From: Patescibacteria group bacterium UBA6241
GTDB taxonomy: Bacteria; Patescibacteriota; Minisyncoccia; Phycocordibacterales; Phycocordibacteraceae
Direction: 5' to 3'
DNA length: 47,985 bases
Assembly (NCBI GenBank): GCA_002441425.1
Contig: DJWB01000005.1
Span: 86,705 to 134,689, forward strand
The position numbers and the translations under genes are program-made. Positions 25,701-36,180 of the stretch are shown here, in pieces. How positions within the stretch are numbered: position 1 is the stretch's first letter; every line of letters begins with the position of its first letter. The notes below the pieces were generated by a model that had not been told where the DNA came from, searched no databases, and was given only the letters and a program-made list of their open reading frames with translations.

Positions 25701-26153
25701 TGCATGTCAGAAATGAAGCGTGTTCGTGCGCTCGCTTCTGAGGCACTCATGCTCCGCCAGAAAGCAAACAGTAAAGTACGACAACCTCTCGCCCGGCTCT
25801 CCATTCCAGGAAGCGTATCTGAAGGATTGGCACAAATCCTAAAGGAAGAGGTAAACGTGAAGCATGTTGAAATGAATGCCGCTGAGCTTGAGCTTGATAC
25901 AGTACTTACTCCAGAGTTAGTAAGAGAAGGAGACGTGCGTGCATTCATGCGTGCTGTAGCGGAAGCACGCAAAGAGGAAGGATATGAACCAAAGGATGTG
26001 GTGCAGGTGACTGTCAGCAAGGAAGCAGAGGATACTTTGCGAGGAGAGACTTTCCCTGGCGTACGCGAAGTGTCCTTTGGTAAGGGAGGTGCGTATAGTG
26101 CAGAACTTTCTTTTGGAAAAGTGGCTTTCTCACTTTCGTCTAATGCGTCATAA
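22749..26153 (+). CDS. ileS: isoleucine--tRNA ligase (type 2, Thermus-like) carrying an internal histidine-phosphatase-like domain
   Basis: PPTANG...[15 protein letters not shown] editing domain, [19 protein letters not shown]. 1134 aa. Confidence 0.95.
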   Translation: MADTEKTEAVKREEEILAFWEREQIFEKSLKKPSPKGTFVFYEGPPTANGRPGVHHMESRSFKDAIPRYKTMRGYSVPRRAGWDTHGLPVELEVEKQLGFSGKKDIETYGIAEFNKKCRESVLAYIEEWDRFTKRIGYWVDQEKAYFTFNAPFMESVWHIMKKVSDDGRLFKDYKVVPWCARCGTALSSHELAQGYADVKDLSITAKFELVDEPGTYLLAWTTTPWTLPGNVGLAVGEKISYGTYEKEGQRVVLATSRAGQLGEGWNLVKEVLGTELIGKAYKPLYAYVRALAPESEQSKFEKAFQVYPADFVTTEDGTGIVHTAVMYGQEDFELGQAVGLPKVHLVAPDGKFIAGTEFLEGRFVKDQEVAVDILKDLQERGLFFSKENYSHSYPFCWRCKTPLIYYARDSWYIRMQDLRSSLLAANESVHWEPNHIKEGRMGEWLKNVKDWAISRERYWGTPLPVWQNEDGTERVVVGSVEELRKKTKTNNNRYFVMRHGESENNAKGILDSTNENRWPLTEEGRGQVKAGAQDLKTKQITHIYASPFERTTQSAEIAAEELGIPKEQIVYDERLAEFAFGKFHGGSHQAFMDWRADKKYDDAVPGGGSYQDAKNQFGAFLYDIDTKHKDAVVLLVTHGVGVETLRSIATGSGPEESKELAYVKIPEKGVAEEIEFVPLPHNDRYELDLHRPYIDSVVLVSEQGTELRRVSEVMDVWFDSGAVPFAQDHYPFEKHTGYPADYISEAIDQTRGWFYTMLAVGTLMGRGAPYKNVICLGHLLDEKGQKMSKSKGNVVNPWDAIEQYGVDTLRFWMYSVNQPGDSKNFDDKTVKEAARVISWLDNSAKFYALFKDGSLKAEKTAMDEWMGARVAATVREVTEAMDQYRVYEATRSVAHLIEDLSQWYVRRIRDRAREGDQAALATLRNALRSVALLMAPFAPFISEEVFQLVRTDSDAQSVHLSDWPQTKQGMLWTLQGGKSKEDRCMSEMKRVRALASEALMLRQKANSKVRQPLARLSIPGSVSEGLAQILKEEVNVKHVEMNAAELELDTVLTPELVREGDVRAFMRAVAEARKEEGYEPKDVVQVTVSKEAEDTLRGETFPGVREVSFGKGGAYSAELSFGKVAFSLSSNAS
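24201..24812 (+). other. inserted histidine phosphatase (PGAM/CobC-like) domain within IleRS
   Basis: [11 protein letters not shown] (RHG motif), [35 protein letters not shown]. It lies between GSVEEL and DLHRPYID, which are only ~15 aa apart in Thermus IleRS as I recall it. Confidence 0.75.
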
Positions 26154-26691
26154 ATACGTAACGAATGCGATTGTGCTCCAGAGGACGCCTCTTGCAGAAG
26201 CGGCAACACTCGTCACTCTCCTCACAGAAGACTTCGGACTAATTCGCGCACGCGCTGAGGGCTTACGGAAACCAGGAGCAAAACTTTCGGGTGCACTTCA
26301 AACACTTTCGCAATCAGAGGTAACACTCGTGCGCGGTAAGCATGGGTGGCGCATATCGGGTGCTCTCCTGGATCACAATTGGTTTAAAGAATTTTCTCCA
26401 GAAACGAGTGAGCGTGTGGGCAGGGTATCAAGTCTCATACTGCGGCTTGTCCAAGGGGAGGGACAAGAATCTCTCTATGCACTTTATGTGGAATTTATAC
26501 ATAAAGTAAAAGGTGCGGACCTTGCGATGGGAGACACTCTGGAGTGTCTATATGCGCTAAGAATCCTCTCTGATCTAGGTCTAGATGCCGGAGTCCTTCC
26601 TGAGATTTCTGAGGAGACAGAACTTTCTAGTGACACACGCCGAGAGATTGTGCTGCGGATTAATCGTGGAATTGCAGCCTCTGGCCTATAG
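26143..26691 (+). CDS. recO: DNA repair protein RecO
   Basis: Start moved to [43 protein letters not shown] (OB-fold N-terminus typical of RecO). 11-nt overlap with ileS. Confidence 0.75.
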   Translation: MRHKYVTNAIVLQRTPLAEAATLVTLLTEDFGLIRARAEGLRKPGAKLSGALQTLSQSEVTLVRGKHGWRISGALLDHNWFKEFSPETSERVGRVSSLILRLVQGEGQESLYALYVEFIHKVKGADLAMGDTLECLYALRILSDLGLDAGVLPEISEETELSSDTRREIVLRINRGIAASGL

Positions 26692-26720
26692 GCTGAATGC
26701 ATACGGTATACTGATGCGTA

Positions 26721-28610
26721 ATGCCTGAGGAGTTGCCAGACCAGAACGCAGACATGAGCACCCTTGAACGGTTGCGTAGGAAACTCTATGCGCAAAATGC
26801 GCCTGAGCAATTCTCAGTCCCTGAACTCGCACAGGAACCTGTTGCTGAACCAGTCGCAGCATGGGCACCTCCCGCAGAGCCTGTATCTAAAAAGAAACCA
26901 AGAGTCTCTTGGGCAGTTATCTTTCTGGGTGTTGCTGCAGTATTTTTTATACTCGCTGTTGCGGGAGCTGCATATTTCCTTATTTTTGGTGCGCGTTCAG
27001 TATCAACAGACCGCGTCATTATTTCCATTGATGCACCCACTGCTATTGCAAGTGGAGACTCGGTTTCATTACTTGTTTCAGTACAAAACAACAACCCAGT
27101 ACAGATACATTCAACATTGCTTGCAGTTGATTTCCCAGAGAGCACCCGTTCAAGCGAGTCAATTGATCTTCCTTTAAATCATTTTGAGGACACGCTTGGG
27201 GATATTAGTGCAGGAGAGCAAGGGCAGCAGACTGTTCGCGCAGTACTGTTTGGCGCGGAGAATGAACGCATAAGTATCCCGGTACGATTTGAGTATCGTG
27301 TTGAAGGTTCTAATGCAGTCTTTGTTAAGGAAACGACGTACGAATTCGCAGTTACGTCCTCACCACTTAGTGTGCGTGCAGAAGCGGTAACAGAAGCAAC
27401 AGCGGGGCAACCACTTACTTTTGCTGTAACGGTTCGTTCAAATGCAAAAACTCCTGTAGAGCACGTGGCTGTGCTTGCGCAGTATCCTTTTGGATTCACA
27501 GCTCGCAAAGGGGAAGGTCCGTTGTTCCCCGTAGGTACGCTAGCGCCTGGAGAAGAAAAGACGGTAACCGTTACGGGAACTCTATCGGGAGAGAGTGCAG
27601 AACAAAAGGTATTTAGATTCACTGCAGGAACACGAAGCAATGAAGATGCTCCTTTGCTTGCGGTTTCATACAGCACCGCAGAAGCAGCAGTTACGCTTGG
27701 AAAGCCGTTCCTCTCTACGTCCTTATCAATTAATCATGACGGAGGAGCCGCGCCTGTAGTAACTGCAGGCTCTCAGGTACAGGCAATTCTTTCTTGGGCG
27801 AATACGCTCTCAACACCAATTCTTGATGGAGAGATTTTGATAAAGCTTTCTGGCGCTGCACTTGATACAAATTCAGTGAGCGCGTATGGAGGTTTCTATC
27901 GTTCTTCAGACACAACACTAATCTTTAGCAAAGAAACAAACAGCGAGCTTGCGCGTCTTGCGCCTGGAGACACAGGGAACGGCTCATTTACATTCTCAAC
28001 TAAGAGTCCAGCAGCACTAGTTGGAATGAAGAATCCTACGGTAACTGCCACGGTTTCAGTGTCAGGAAGAAGAGTTGGTGAATCAAACGTACCGGAGAGC
28101 GTATCTTCTTCACTAGTGCGCACTATAAAGATCGGTACAGATCTCTCCCTTAAGGCGCGTACGCTATATAGCATCGGAGCATTTAAGAACACTGGTCCAT
28201 GGCCGCCTGTCGCAGACAAGGAAACGACATATACGATTGAGCTCGTACTCGCAAATACACTTAACTCAGTAGCCAACACATCTGTTAGCGCAACACTGCC
28301 TTCATATGTGTCGTACACAGGAGCAGTGAGCCCTAATGATGGGTCGGTCGTATATAACGCTACCTCACGCCGCATTACCTGGAGCGCGGGAGAGGTTCCT
28401 GCCGGAGGAGGAACCCGAACGGTGAGCTTCCAGGTCAAGCTGTTGCCAAGTGTTTCGCAGCGGGGTACAAGTCCTATACTTATGTCCGCACAGCAGATAA
28501 CAGGAACAGATAGATTTACACAAAAGCCTATCTCGTTTACAAGTCCTGAAATAACTACGCAGACTCCAGCCGATCCGCAGTTCCAGGCGGACTATGGCAC
28601 CGTGCGGTAA
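26721..28610 (+). CDS. large membrane-anchored surface protein with repeated beta-sandwich-like segments
   Basis: Charged N-terminus, one TM helix (WAVIFLGVAAVFFILAVAGAAYFLIF), then ~530 aa rich in T, S and V. Confidence 0.5.
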   Translation: MPEELPDQNADMSTLERLRRKLYAQNAPEQFSVPELAQEPVAEPVAAWAPPAEPVSKKKPRVSWAVIFLGVAAVFFILAVAGAAYFLIFGARSVSTDRVIISIDAPTAIASGDSVSLLVSVQNNNPVQIHSTLLAVDFPESTRSSESIDLPLNHFEDTLGDISAGEQGQQTVRAVLFGAENERISIPVRFEYRVEGSNAVFVKETTYEFAVTSSPLSVRAEAVTEATAGQPLTFAVTVRSNAKTPVEHVAVLAQYPFGFTARKGEGPLFPVGTLAPGEEKTVTVTGTLSGESAEQKVFRFTAGTRSNEDAPLLAVSYSTAEAAVTLGKPFLSTSLSINHDGGAAPVVTAGSQVQAILSWANTLSTPILDGEILIKLSGAALDTNSVSAYGGFYRSSDTTLIFSKETNSELARLAPGDTGNGSFTFSTKSPAALVGMKNPTVTATVSVSGRRVGESNVPESVSSSLVRTIKIGTDLSLKARTLYSIGAFKNTGPWPPVADKETTYTIELVLANTLNSVANTSVSATLPSYVSYTGAVSPNDGSVVYNATSRRITWSAGEVPAGGGTRTVSFQVKLLPSVSQRGTSPILMSAQQITGTDRFTQKPISFTSPEITTQTPADPQFQADYGTVR

Positions 28611-28619
28611 TCTGAATAT

Positions 28620-29996
28620 ATGGTCTCCCTAGAAACAATCATCTCATTTGCAAAGCGCCGCGGGTTTATATTCCCAGGCTCTGAAATATATGGAGGCTTT
28701 GCAGGAACCTATGACTTCGGTCCACACGGCCTTGCACTCAAGAAGAATATTGAGCAGCTTTGGTGGCGTCGTTTCGTTGAGCTGCGCGACGATATGTATG
28801 GAATTGATTCAGCAATTTTGATGAATCCCCGTGTATGGGAGGCATCTGGCCATACCACCACATTTAACGACCCGCTCGTTATAGATCAGAAGACTCAGAA
28901 GAGGTATCGCGCGGACCATTTGCTTGAGGAGGCAGGAATTGATCCAACAGGTATGAGCATTGAGCAAATGAGCGCAGCACTCAAGGAGAAGGACATACAG
29001 AGTCCAGAAGGGAATCCTCTTTCTGAGGTGCAGCAGTTCAATATGATGTTTAAAACCTCAGTTGGTTCTGTTGAGGGGGGAGAGATGCCTGCGTACCTGC
29101 GTCCAGAGACTGCGCAGGGAATGTTTGTTAACTTCAAAAACATTATTGACTCGTACCACCCAAAACTTCCATTTGGTATTGCTCAAATTGGACGGGCTTT
29201 CAGAAACGAGATTGCGCCAAGAGAGTTCATTTTCCGCGTACGAGAACTTGAGATTATGGAGCTCGAGTATTTCTTGGATGAAAAGATGTGGGAAGAGCAA
29301 TTTGCCTACTGGCAAAAGGAGATGCATGCCTGGTTTGCAGAACTTGGCTTTAGCGACGAAGACCTAAAGGAGGTTGAAGTATCTGCAGAAGAACGTGCAC
29401 ACTATTCAAAACGCACTTTGGATTTCTACTTCAAGTATCCTGGAGGTTTTAAGGAGATTGGAGGACTTGCATACCGTACAGATTTTGATCTTAAGAATCA
29501 TGAAGAGGCGTCTGGGTCTGAACTAAAGTATCTAGATCAAGAGAACAACACAAAGAGTACGCCGCATGTCCTTGAGCCAACGTTTGGTTTGGGAAGACAC
29601 GTACTCGCAGTGCTCGTTAAAGCGTATGACACAGACTCTCTTGGAGGAGAGGAGAGAGTTGTGTTGCGGCTGCTTCCTAAGCTGGCTCCGGTTAAGGCAC
29701 TCGTGTCACCACTTCTTAAGAACAAGCCAGAGCTCGTAGCAAAGGCACAGGAGGTGCGCGCGCGACTTCAGCAGGTGCATCCAGCCATTGCGTGGGACGA
29801 TAACGGCAATATAGGAAAGCGCTATAGACGCCAGGATGAAATAGGTACGCCGTTTTGTATCACGGTAGATTTTGACACTTTGGGAGAGTCACCAGAGCTT
29901 AAGGACACGGTAACGCTTAGACATCGCGATACAGGGGAGCAAGAGCGCCTCTCAATAGAAGAGGTAGCAACTCGCTTACAAGAGGCTCTTCGGTAG
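28620..29996 (+). CDS. glyQS: glycine--tRNA ligase (dimeric class II type)
   Basis: KRRGFIFPGSEIYGGFAGTYDFGPHG...YLRPETAQGMFVNF...FRNEIAPR. Confidence 0.95.
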   Translation: MVSLETIISFAKRRGFIFPGSEIYGGFAGTYDFGPHGLALKKNIEQLWWRRFVELRDDMYGIDSAILMNPRVWEASGHTTTFNDPLVIDQKTQKRYRADHLLEEAGIDPTGMSIEQMSAALKEKDIQSPEGNPLSEVQQFNMMFKTSVGSVEGGEMPAYLRPETAQGMFVNFKNIIDSYHPKLPFGIAQIGRAFRNEIAPREFIFRVRELEIMELEYFLDEKMWEEQFAYWQKEMHAWFAELGFSDEDLKEVEVSAEERAHYSKRTLDFYFKYPGGFKEIGGLAYRTDFDLKNHEEASGSELKYLDQENNTKSTPHVLEPTFGLGRHVLAVLVKAYDTDSLGGEERVVLRLLPKLAPVKALVSPLLKNKPELVAKAQEVRARLQQVHPAIAWDDNGNIGKRYRRQDEIGTPFCITVDFDTLGESPELKDTVTLRHRDTGEQERLSIEEVATRLQEALR

Positions 29997-30035
29997 TTCA
30001 TAGGAGATTTCGGCCGCTGTGCTAGTATTTTCTGT

Positions 30036-31085
30036 ATGCACAAGAACGTCTCCATAACCATTACGCCGGGTACCATTATTACCGCAATTCTTATCGGAGC
30101 AGCCGCTTTTGCACTTTGGACACTTCGTGACTTGGCCCTCCTGGTACTTACGGCAGTTGTTATCGCTTCAGCGATTGAGCCGGGAGTTTCTTTTTTCAGA
30201 CGAAAGCATATTCCACGCGTAGTTGCCGTAACAGGTATGTATGTCGCGGTGTTCGGTTCGTTGTTCGCTATTGTGTATTTCTTCTTGCCTCCGGTGTTAG
30301 ACGATGCACAGGGCTTTCTATCTACGGCGCCCGAGTATCTGGATACACTGAACATTCCAGCACCGTTCTCAGCATTAACTACAACTGCGCGTACAGCTGC
30401 AGCGCCAGATCAAGCACAGTCCATTTTTGACACCTTGTTTGCGTTCCAGTCTGCATTTGCGGACACAACTGGAGGAGCGGTGCGCGTATTGTCTACATTC
30501 TTTGGAGGTATCTTTGCGCTTATTCTGGTAGTGGTACTTTCGTTTTACTTTGCAATTCAGGAGACAGGTATTGATGACTTTGTACGACTTATTACGCCCG
30601 CAAAACATGAGGACTATGCCGTGGGTCTCTGGCTGCGTGCGAAAAAGAAGATAGGGCAGTGGATGCAGGGCCAGCTTTTATTATCCATAATTGTGGGGGT
30701 AATAGTGTATTTAGGGCTTCTTATCTTGGGAGTCCCGTACGCACTTTTGCTCGCCGTTATTGCGGCCATTCTTGATCTGATTCCTATCTTCGGTTCTTTC
30801 ATTGCAGGTATCTTGGGAGTGGTTGTAGCTTTTGCATCTGGAGGAGTTACGCTTGCCGTAATTGTGGCGGGTCTGTTTTTCATCGTGAATCAGTTTGAGG
30901 CACATCTTATTTACCCGCTCGTTGTAAATAAAGTGGTAGGTATTCCGCCGCTCTTAGTTATTTTGGCGCTTATTGTTGGCGGTAGCCTCGCAGGATTCTT
31001 GGGAGTACTCCTCTCCATTCCTTTAGCTGCAGCCCTTCGCGAGTTCTTGGGTGATGTTGAGCGCAGAAAGCACATTCATACGTAG
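30036..31085 (+). CDS. AI-2E/PerM-family transporter
   Basis: 8 predicted TM helices, ...LDLIPIFGSFIAGILGVVVAF... motif. Confidence 0.75.
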   Translation: MHKNVSITITPGTIITAILIGAAAFALWTLRDLALLVLTAVVIASAIEPGVSFFRRKHIPRVVAVTGMYVAVFGSLFAIVYFFLPPVLDDAQGFLSTAPEYLDTLNIPAPFSALTTTARTAAAPDQAQSIFDTLFAFQSAFADTTGGAVRVLSTFFGGIFALILVVVLSFYFAIQETGIDDFVRLITPAKHEDYAVGLWLRAKKKIGQWMQGQLLLSIIVGVIVYLGLLILGVPYALLLAVIAAILDLIPIFGSFIAGILGVVVAFASGGVTLAVIVAGLFFIVNQFEAHLIYPLVVNKVVGIPPLLVILALIVGGSLAGFLGVLLSIPLAAALREFLGDVERRKHIHT

Positions 31086-31099
31086 GTTTCCTGTACGCA

Positions 31100-32527
31100 A
31101 TGGCTCGGTACATCACCACAACACTTCCGTACGTGAACGCAGACCCGCATATAGGGTTTGCGCTTGAGATTGTTGAAGCTGATGTCCTTGCACGGGCATG
31201 GCGTTTACGCGGAGAAGAAGTTTTCTTCTCTACAGGGACAGATGAGCACGGGCAGAAGATATGGGAGGCAGCAGAGAAAGCAGGGAAGAGTGCTCAGGAG
31301 TATGTTGATCATTACGCACACGAAGTAGAGAAATTGAAGGGTGTCTTGAATCTTTCAACTGATAATTTCATACGTACAACCGATTCTGTACATCAAGAAG
31401 CTGCACAAGAAATGTGGAAGCGGTGTATGGACGCTGGAGATATCTATAAGAAGTCATACACAGGCCTGTATTGTGTCGGCTGTGAGGCATACAAGACAGA
31501 ACGAGAGCTTGAGGATGGGCACTGTGTCTTGCATCCTGGTCTTACTCCTGAAGAGCGTACGGAAGAGAACTACTTTTTCGCGTTTTCTAAGTACGCAGAC
31601 CAACTTCTCTCTATGCTCTCAGCCCCTACATCAATAGTTCCTGAGTGGCGTCGCGAAGAAGCGATACGTTTTGTGCAAGAAGGTCTAGAAGATTTCAGTA
31701 TTTCAAGAAAGAAAGAAAAACTCTCATGGGGAGTACCTGTTCCGGGGGACGACACGCAGGTTATGTATGTATGGTTTGATGCACTTACGAGTTACATCTC
31801 AACACTTGGATGGCCTAAGGATAGGGAAGGTCTGTATGAAAAGTTCTGGACTAGTGGAACAACGGTGCAGATGGCTGGCAAAGATCAGGTCCGCTTTCAG
31901 TCTTTAATCTGGCAGGCAATGTTGTTCTCTGCGGGTATCAAGAATACGGATAGCATTTTCTATCACGGCTTCATTAATTCTGGCGGGCAGCGCATGTCTA
32001 AGTCTCTCGGGAATGTAATCAGTCCCTACGAACTTGTTGAGAAATACGGAACAGAAGCTACGCGATACCTGCTATTGCGGCATGTACACCCCACAGAAGA
32101 CACAGATGTTACCTGGGAGCGTCTTAACGAGTGGTACACCGCAAACCTGGTGAATGGTGTGGGGAATCTCGTGGCACGCATTATGAAGCTTGCAGAGGCT
32201 CATCTAGAGCAGGGACTTCCTCATCCTGAAGAGGAAGAGTTTGACTCCGTGTACTGGGCATCTTTGGATGCATTTGAGTTCAATCAAACCATGGATATGG
32301 TCTGGGCAAGGATTCAGGGACTTGATGAACGCATTACGAAAGAAGAGCCATTTAAGCTTGTGAAATCTGATCCTGATGCGGGCAAGGAAAACATCAGACA
32401 GCTTACGCGCGAACTCTATACTATTGGTCGCTTACTCGCGCCCCTCATGCCTGAGACAAGCGCCCATATTAAGGAAGCAGTTCTATCAAACACGAAGCCA
32501 GAGAATCTATTCCCACGTCTTGCATAG
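31100..32527 (+). CDS. metG: methionine--tRNA ligase (short form, no C-terminal tRNA-binding domain)
   Basis: TTTLPYVNADPHIGFALE (HIGH), CVGCE...C..H knuckle, RMSKSLGN. Confidence 0.95.
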   Translation: MARYITTTLPYVNADPHIGFALEIVEADVLARAWRLRGEEVFFSTGTDEHGQKIWEAAEKAGKSAQEYVDHYAHEVEKLKGVLNLSTDNFIRTTDSVHQEAAQEMWKRCMDAGDIYKKSYTGLYCVGCEAYKTERELEDGHCVLHPGLTPEERTEENYFFAFSKYADQLLSMLSAPTSIVPEWRREEAIRFVQEGLEDFSISRKKEKLSWGVPVPGDDTQVMYVWFDALTSYISTLGWPKDREGLYEKFWTSGTTVQMAGKDQVRFQSLIWQAMLFSAGIKNTDSIFYHGFINSGGQRMSKSLGNVISPYELVEKYGTEATRYLLLRHVHPTEDTDVTWERLNEWYTANLVNGVGNLVARIMKLAEAHLEQGLPHPEEEEFDSVYWASLDAFEFNQTMDMVWARIQGLDERITKEEPFKLVKSDPDAGKENIRQLTRELYTIGRLLAPLMPETSAHIKEAVLSNTKPENLFPRLA

Positions 32528-32529
32528 GT

Positions 32530-33330
32530 ATGAAGTATTTTGACGCACACTGTCATATTCAGTTTGACCGCTTTTCAGAAGACAGGACAGAAATTATAGA
32601 GCGAATGAAACAAGAGGAATTCGGAGGGCTCGTTGTTGGAGTTGATATGGCTTCAACAAAAGCTGCAATAGAGTTGGTCCAGCAGTACCCACATTTATGG
32701 GCATCAGTTGGGCTGCACCCGAATGACACTCCAGAGGAGCCATTTGATGCGGAGTTGTTTCGCAGCTTCGCTCAGGACCCTAAAGTTGTCGCGATAGGGG
32801 AGTGTGGTCTGGACAACTATCGCCCAGAAGACCCGGAACAAGAGAAGGATCGTCAGAAGAAGGTGTTTATTCAGCACGTAGAACTTGCACTTGAGACGGA
32901 TAAGCCACTCATGATCCATTCACGCCCCAAGAAGGGAACTATGGATGCATACAAGGATTTAATTGAGATTCTCACCTCATACAAGAAAGAATATGGAGAG
33001 AAGCTCCGGGGAGATATTCACTTCTTTGTGGGAGGAGTTGAGGAAGCGAAAGCGTTTAGCGAGCTTGGATTTACGATGTCCTTTACCGCAGTCCTCACTT
33101 TCGCGCGGGATTATGACGAAGTTGTCTCGTATCTACCTCTGGAGAATATTCTGTCCGAAACAGACGCTCCGTACGTGGCTCCAGCAAGCAGAAGGGGTAC
33201 GCGCAACGATCCATTTGCAGTTAAGGACGTTATTGAAGCTATAGCTCAGATACGGGGAGAAGACACGGAAAAGGTACGGATTCAGGTGCTTAGGAATGCA
33301 GAGCGGGTTTTCGGGCTTCATCTGGCATAA
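32530..33330 (+). CDS. tatD: TatD-family metal-dependent hydrolase
   Basis: FDAHCHIQF, GECGLD, MIHSR, ETDAPY motifs. Confidence 0.9.
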   Translation: MKYFDAHCHIQFDRFSEDRTEIIERMKQEEFGGLVVGVDMASTKAAIELVQQYPHLWASVGLHPNDTPEEPFDAELFRSFAQDPKVVAIGECGLDNYRPEDPEQEKDRQKKVFIQHVELALETDKPLMIHSRPKKGTMDAYKDLIEILTSYKKEYGEKLRGDIHFFVGGVEEAKAFSELGFTMSFTAVLTFARDYDEVVSYLPLENILSETDAPYVAPASRRGTRNDPFAVKDVIEAIAQIRGEDTEKVRIQVLRNAERVFGLHLA

Positions 33331-33376
33331 GGCCCCATTTGCTGCCCTAAAATAAGCGTGGTAGGATACGGCCACT

Positions 33377-33865
33377 ATGGCTAAGAACGATATTGAATCG
33401 GGCGAAATGGTAAACGATACGGAGCACGCAGAGACGCGTGTATACGAGCTCGCATTCCATATTGATCCGGAACTCCCACAGGAGGAAGCGAAGAAGACGT
33501 ACCAGGCCCTCCGTGAGGGAATTGCTGGGGTTGGTTCAGTAGTTGCTGAGGGAGAGATTCAGAAGATCCCCCTTGCATACACGATCTCTCGCAAGGAGCA
33601 TGCAGGACGCCGCGACTTTGATTCAGCATTCTTTGGATGGGTTGCGTATGAGGCAGACGGGGCAGCACATCAGAAAGTACTAGAGATGGTACAGGCTGAA
33701 ACACGTGTTTTCCGTTTCCTAGACCTCCGCACAACTGTTGATGGTGCTAAGCACGCAGCAGAAATGCACGAGTTCTACGCAAAGCTCCCTGAGAAGTCTC
33801 ATGAGGAGGAAGAGGAGGTTTCAGACGCACAGCTTGATGCTGCGCTTAAGGAAGCCGGCGTTTAG
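33377..33865 (+). CDS. rpsF: ribosomal protein S6 (with terminal extensions)
   Basis: RVYELAFHIDPEL... core plus the conserved rpsF-ssb-rpsR gene order. Confidence 0.75.
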   Translation: MAKNDIESGEMVNDTEHAETRVYELAFHIDPELPQEEAKKTYQALREGIAGVGSVVAEGEIQKIPLAYTISRKEHAGRRDFDSAFFGWVAYEADGAAHQKVLEMVQAETRVFRFLDLRTTVDGAKHAAEMHEFYAKLPEKSHEEEEEVSDAQLDAALKEAGV

Positions 33866-33882
33866 GGTGTACACTGAGGTAT

Positions 33883-34341
33883 ATGTATCTCAACAAAGTA
33901 CTTCTCTACGGCAACCTTACACGCGATCCAGAGGTGCGCGCGCTGCCTTCAGGACAGCAGGTAGCAACCTTCGGACTTGCAACTAATCGTACCTTTAAGA
34001 ATAAAGAGGGCGCACAGCAGGAACAGACAGAGTTTCATAACATTGTCTCTTTCGGGCGCACTGCAGAAGTTATGGGGCAGTACCTTAAGAAAGGACGTCC
34101 TGTATACGTAGAAGGCCGCATCCAGACCCGTTCGTGGGACAAAGATGGCCAGAAGCAGTATCGTACTGAGATTGTCGTAGACAGTTTCCAGTTCGGTCCT
34201 CAGGCAGGCGGCGAGGGCAAGGGCGGATACAATGCTCCTGCACGCGCATCAGACACTGAGAGACCTCAGGAGTCTCCTGACCAGGGCGCAGACATCCAGT
34301 ATCCAGATGAAGAGATAAACCCAGAAGATATTCCTTTTTAA
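33883..34341 (+). CDS. ssb: single-stranded DNA-binding protein
   Basis: MYLNKVLLYGNLTRDPEVR...FHNIVSFGRTAE...VEGRIQTRSW...acidic tail DIPF. Confidence 0.95.
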   Translation: MYLNKVLLYGNLTRDPEVRALPSGQQVATFGLATNRTFKNKEGAQQEQTEFHNIVSFGRTAEVMGQYLKKGRPVYVEGRIQTRSWDKDGQKQYRTEIVVDSFQFGPQAGGEGKGGYNAPARASDTERPQESPDQGADIQYPDEEINPEDIPF

Positions 34342-34351
34342 GTAACACATC

Positions 34352-34558
34352 ATGGCACATCAATCAGAGCGAGAAGAAATAGAGCACAAAAAGTTTGTTG
34401 ACTACAAGGATGTAGCGTACTTGAAGCAATTCATGACGCCTCATGCGAAAATCGTAGCTAAGAAGCGTTCACGTGTCCCAGCAGCACGTCAGCGTGAGAT
34501 AGCGCTTGCGATCAAGCGCGCACGCTACATGGCACTCCTGCCATACCTCGCAGCATAA
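34352..34558 (+). CDS. rpsR: ribosomal protein S18
   Basis: VDYKDVAYLKQFMTPHAKI...R..V.AARQREIALAIKRARYMALLPY. Confidence 0.9.
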   Translation: MAHQSEREEIEHKKFVDYKDVAYLKQFMTPHAKIVAKKRSRVPAARQREIALAIKRARYMALLPYLAA

Positions 34559-34569
34559 AGAAGAAGACA

Positions 34570-34600
34570 AAAAGCACTCCACAGGGAGTGTTTTTGCTTT
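34570..34600 (+). terminator. intrinsic terminator after rpsR
   Basis: CACTCC-acag-GGAGTG followed by TTTTTGCTTTT. Confidence 0.65.
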
Positions 34601-34669
34601 TACTAGGTACTCATGATTATATGAGGAAGCGGCGCAATGAGGCGCCGTGTTTCTGTTATAGAGTCAAAA

Positions 34670-34834
34670 ATGACAATAAAAAACTGGAGCTTCGATAGGA
34701 AGCTGTTCGTAACTTTCGTCGTGGTAGTGACCACGGCTTGCGGTGGATTTGCCGCAGCAGACAATCACGAAGGAAGGCAGGTTGCCGCCCAAAGGGTCGC
34801 AGCTGCTCCGACTTCGTCTGGGATCGTTCGCTAA
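34670..34834 (+). CDS. possible 54-aa lipoprotein-like small protein
   Basis: MTIKNWSFDRKLFVTFVVVVTTAC|GGF... is a signal-like helix ending in a Cys. A terminator hairpin follows. The SD is weak. Confidence 0.3.
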   Translation: MTIKNWSFDRKLFVTFVVVVTTACGGFAAADNHEGRQVAAQRVAAAPTSSGIVR

Positions 34835-34883
34835 AACAGCGGGTCCATACATCAAGCACAGCGCGCTCGGATAGCGCACAAAG

Positions 34884-34908
34884 GGCCACCTTCAGAAAGA
34901 AGGTGGCC
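34884..34908. terminator. bidirectional terminator (small ORF / efp convergent)
   Basis: GGCCACCTT-cagaaag-AAGGTGGCC. Confidence 0.7.
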
Positions 34909-34930
34909 TACGTTGTTATATAGAACCGCT

Positions 34931-35506
34931 TTATGCCTTTTCAACGCGCTCAACGTAATCGCCGGTATCAGTATTGATACGTAGAATATCGTCCACGTTG
35001 ATAAATAGGGGAGTAGATACTACTGCGCCAGACTCAAGTACTACCTTCTTGTCTCCTCCTGTCGCAGTGTCTCCGCGCACTGCTGGGGGCGCTTCCACTA
35101 CTTTAAGATCCACCTTGATAGGAATCGCAATAGTTACTGGCTCGTCGTTGTAGAGGAGTACTTCTACGGGAGCGTTTTGTATAAGCCACTTCACTTTCTC
35201 AGCAACTGCAGCCTCTGGGAAGGAGAATCTATTCTTAGCATTTCCTTCCTCAGCAAACCATGACTCTCCTCGGTTGGTGTAAAGATACGAGGCATTCATT
35301 TTGCTGATATCAGCCTCAGTTACGTTCTCATTCTGATGGAAAGAGATTTCAAGTACTTTTCCAGACACAAGATGTCGTAGTTTAGTTTGATTCACCGGCT
35401 TTCGCTGCTGCATGCGAAATACATGAGAAGAAAGAACCTCATAGGGCTCGCCATTGTAATCAATTACTTTCTTCTGAACTATTTCGTTATAGGAGAGGAC
35501 TGCCAT
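34931..35506 (-). CDS. efp: elongation factor P
   Basis: 191 aa. ...YEVLSSHVFRMQQRKPVNQTKLRHLVSGKV... is typical of the EF-P KOW domain. Confidence 0.9.
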   Translation of the reverse strand: MAVLSYNEIVQKKVIDYNGEPYEVLSSHVFRMQQRKPVNQTKLRHLVSGKVLEISFHQNENVTEADISKMNASYLYTNRGESWFAEEGNAKNRFSFPEAAVAEKVKWLIQNAPVEVLLYNDEPVTIAIPIKVDLKVVEAPPAVRGDTATGGDKKVVLESGAVVSTPLFINVDDILRINTDTGDYVERVEKA

Positions 35507-35571
35507 AGGTATGTAACTGTTATATGAGTGGGTGAGTTATAAAAAATGCCCGGGAACCCAAGATACGGGGT

Positions 35572-36180
35572 ATGATACAGGACAGTATGAGGGAAGTAAA
35601 TTCTCACTTGGAGTCCTGGAAAGATACCCCTGACGCGGAAGTACTGGCTGCGTCCCAGAAAGATCCTGAGGTGTTTGCAGTACTCGTGGCCCGGTATGAG
35701 GATGCCTTCATGAGGAAGGCACGGTCTATTCTGCACTCTGTGGAAGATTCAGAAGAGGTTGTGCAGGATACGTTCACTCGCATCTACGTATATGCAGACC
35801 GCTACCAGCCACAAGAAGGAGCAAATTTCACCTCCTGGGCGTATGCAATTCTTACAAGATTAGCCTTCACAAGGTATCAAAAGTTGGTGAAGCACCGAGG
35901 TCGCACGCTTGCCCTTGAGCCAGAAACGTACGAGCGATTGCCTGAAGAGGGAAGCTTTCTAGACGGACTCAGTGTTCAGAACGAAGTTACGGTTGCACTA
36001 GCTAAATTGCCAGAGCAAGCCGCACGCGTGCTTAGGCTCCAGTTTTTGGAGGAGAAAACACAAGAGGAAATTGCGTATAGCGAAGGCAGCACTATACCTG
36101 CAATCAAAACGAGAGTGCATAGAGCAAAGAAACTATTTAAAAAAGCACTTGAGGAGAACGAACAAACACATGAACGATAA
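35572..36180 (+). CDS. ECF-type RNA polymerase sigma factor
   Basis: Region 2 (VQDTFTRIYVYADRY...FTSWAYAIL) and region 4 HTH (QEEIAYSEGSTIPAIKTRVHRAKKLF). Confidence 0.8.
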   Translation: MIQDSMREVNSHLESWKDTPDAEVLAASQKDPEVFAVLVARYEDAFMRKARSILHSVEDSEEVVQDTFTRIYVYADRYQPQEGANFTSWAYAILTRLAFTRYQKLVKHRGRTLALEPETYERLPEEGSFLDGLSVQNEVTVALAKLPEQAARVLRLQFLEEKTQEEIAYSEGSTIPAIKTRVHRAKKLFKKALEENEQTHER

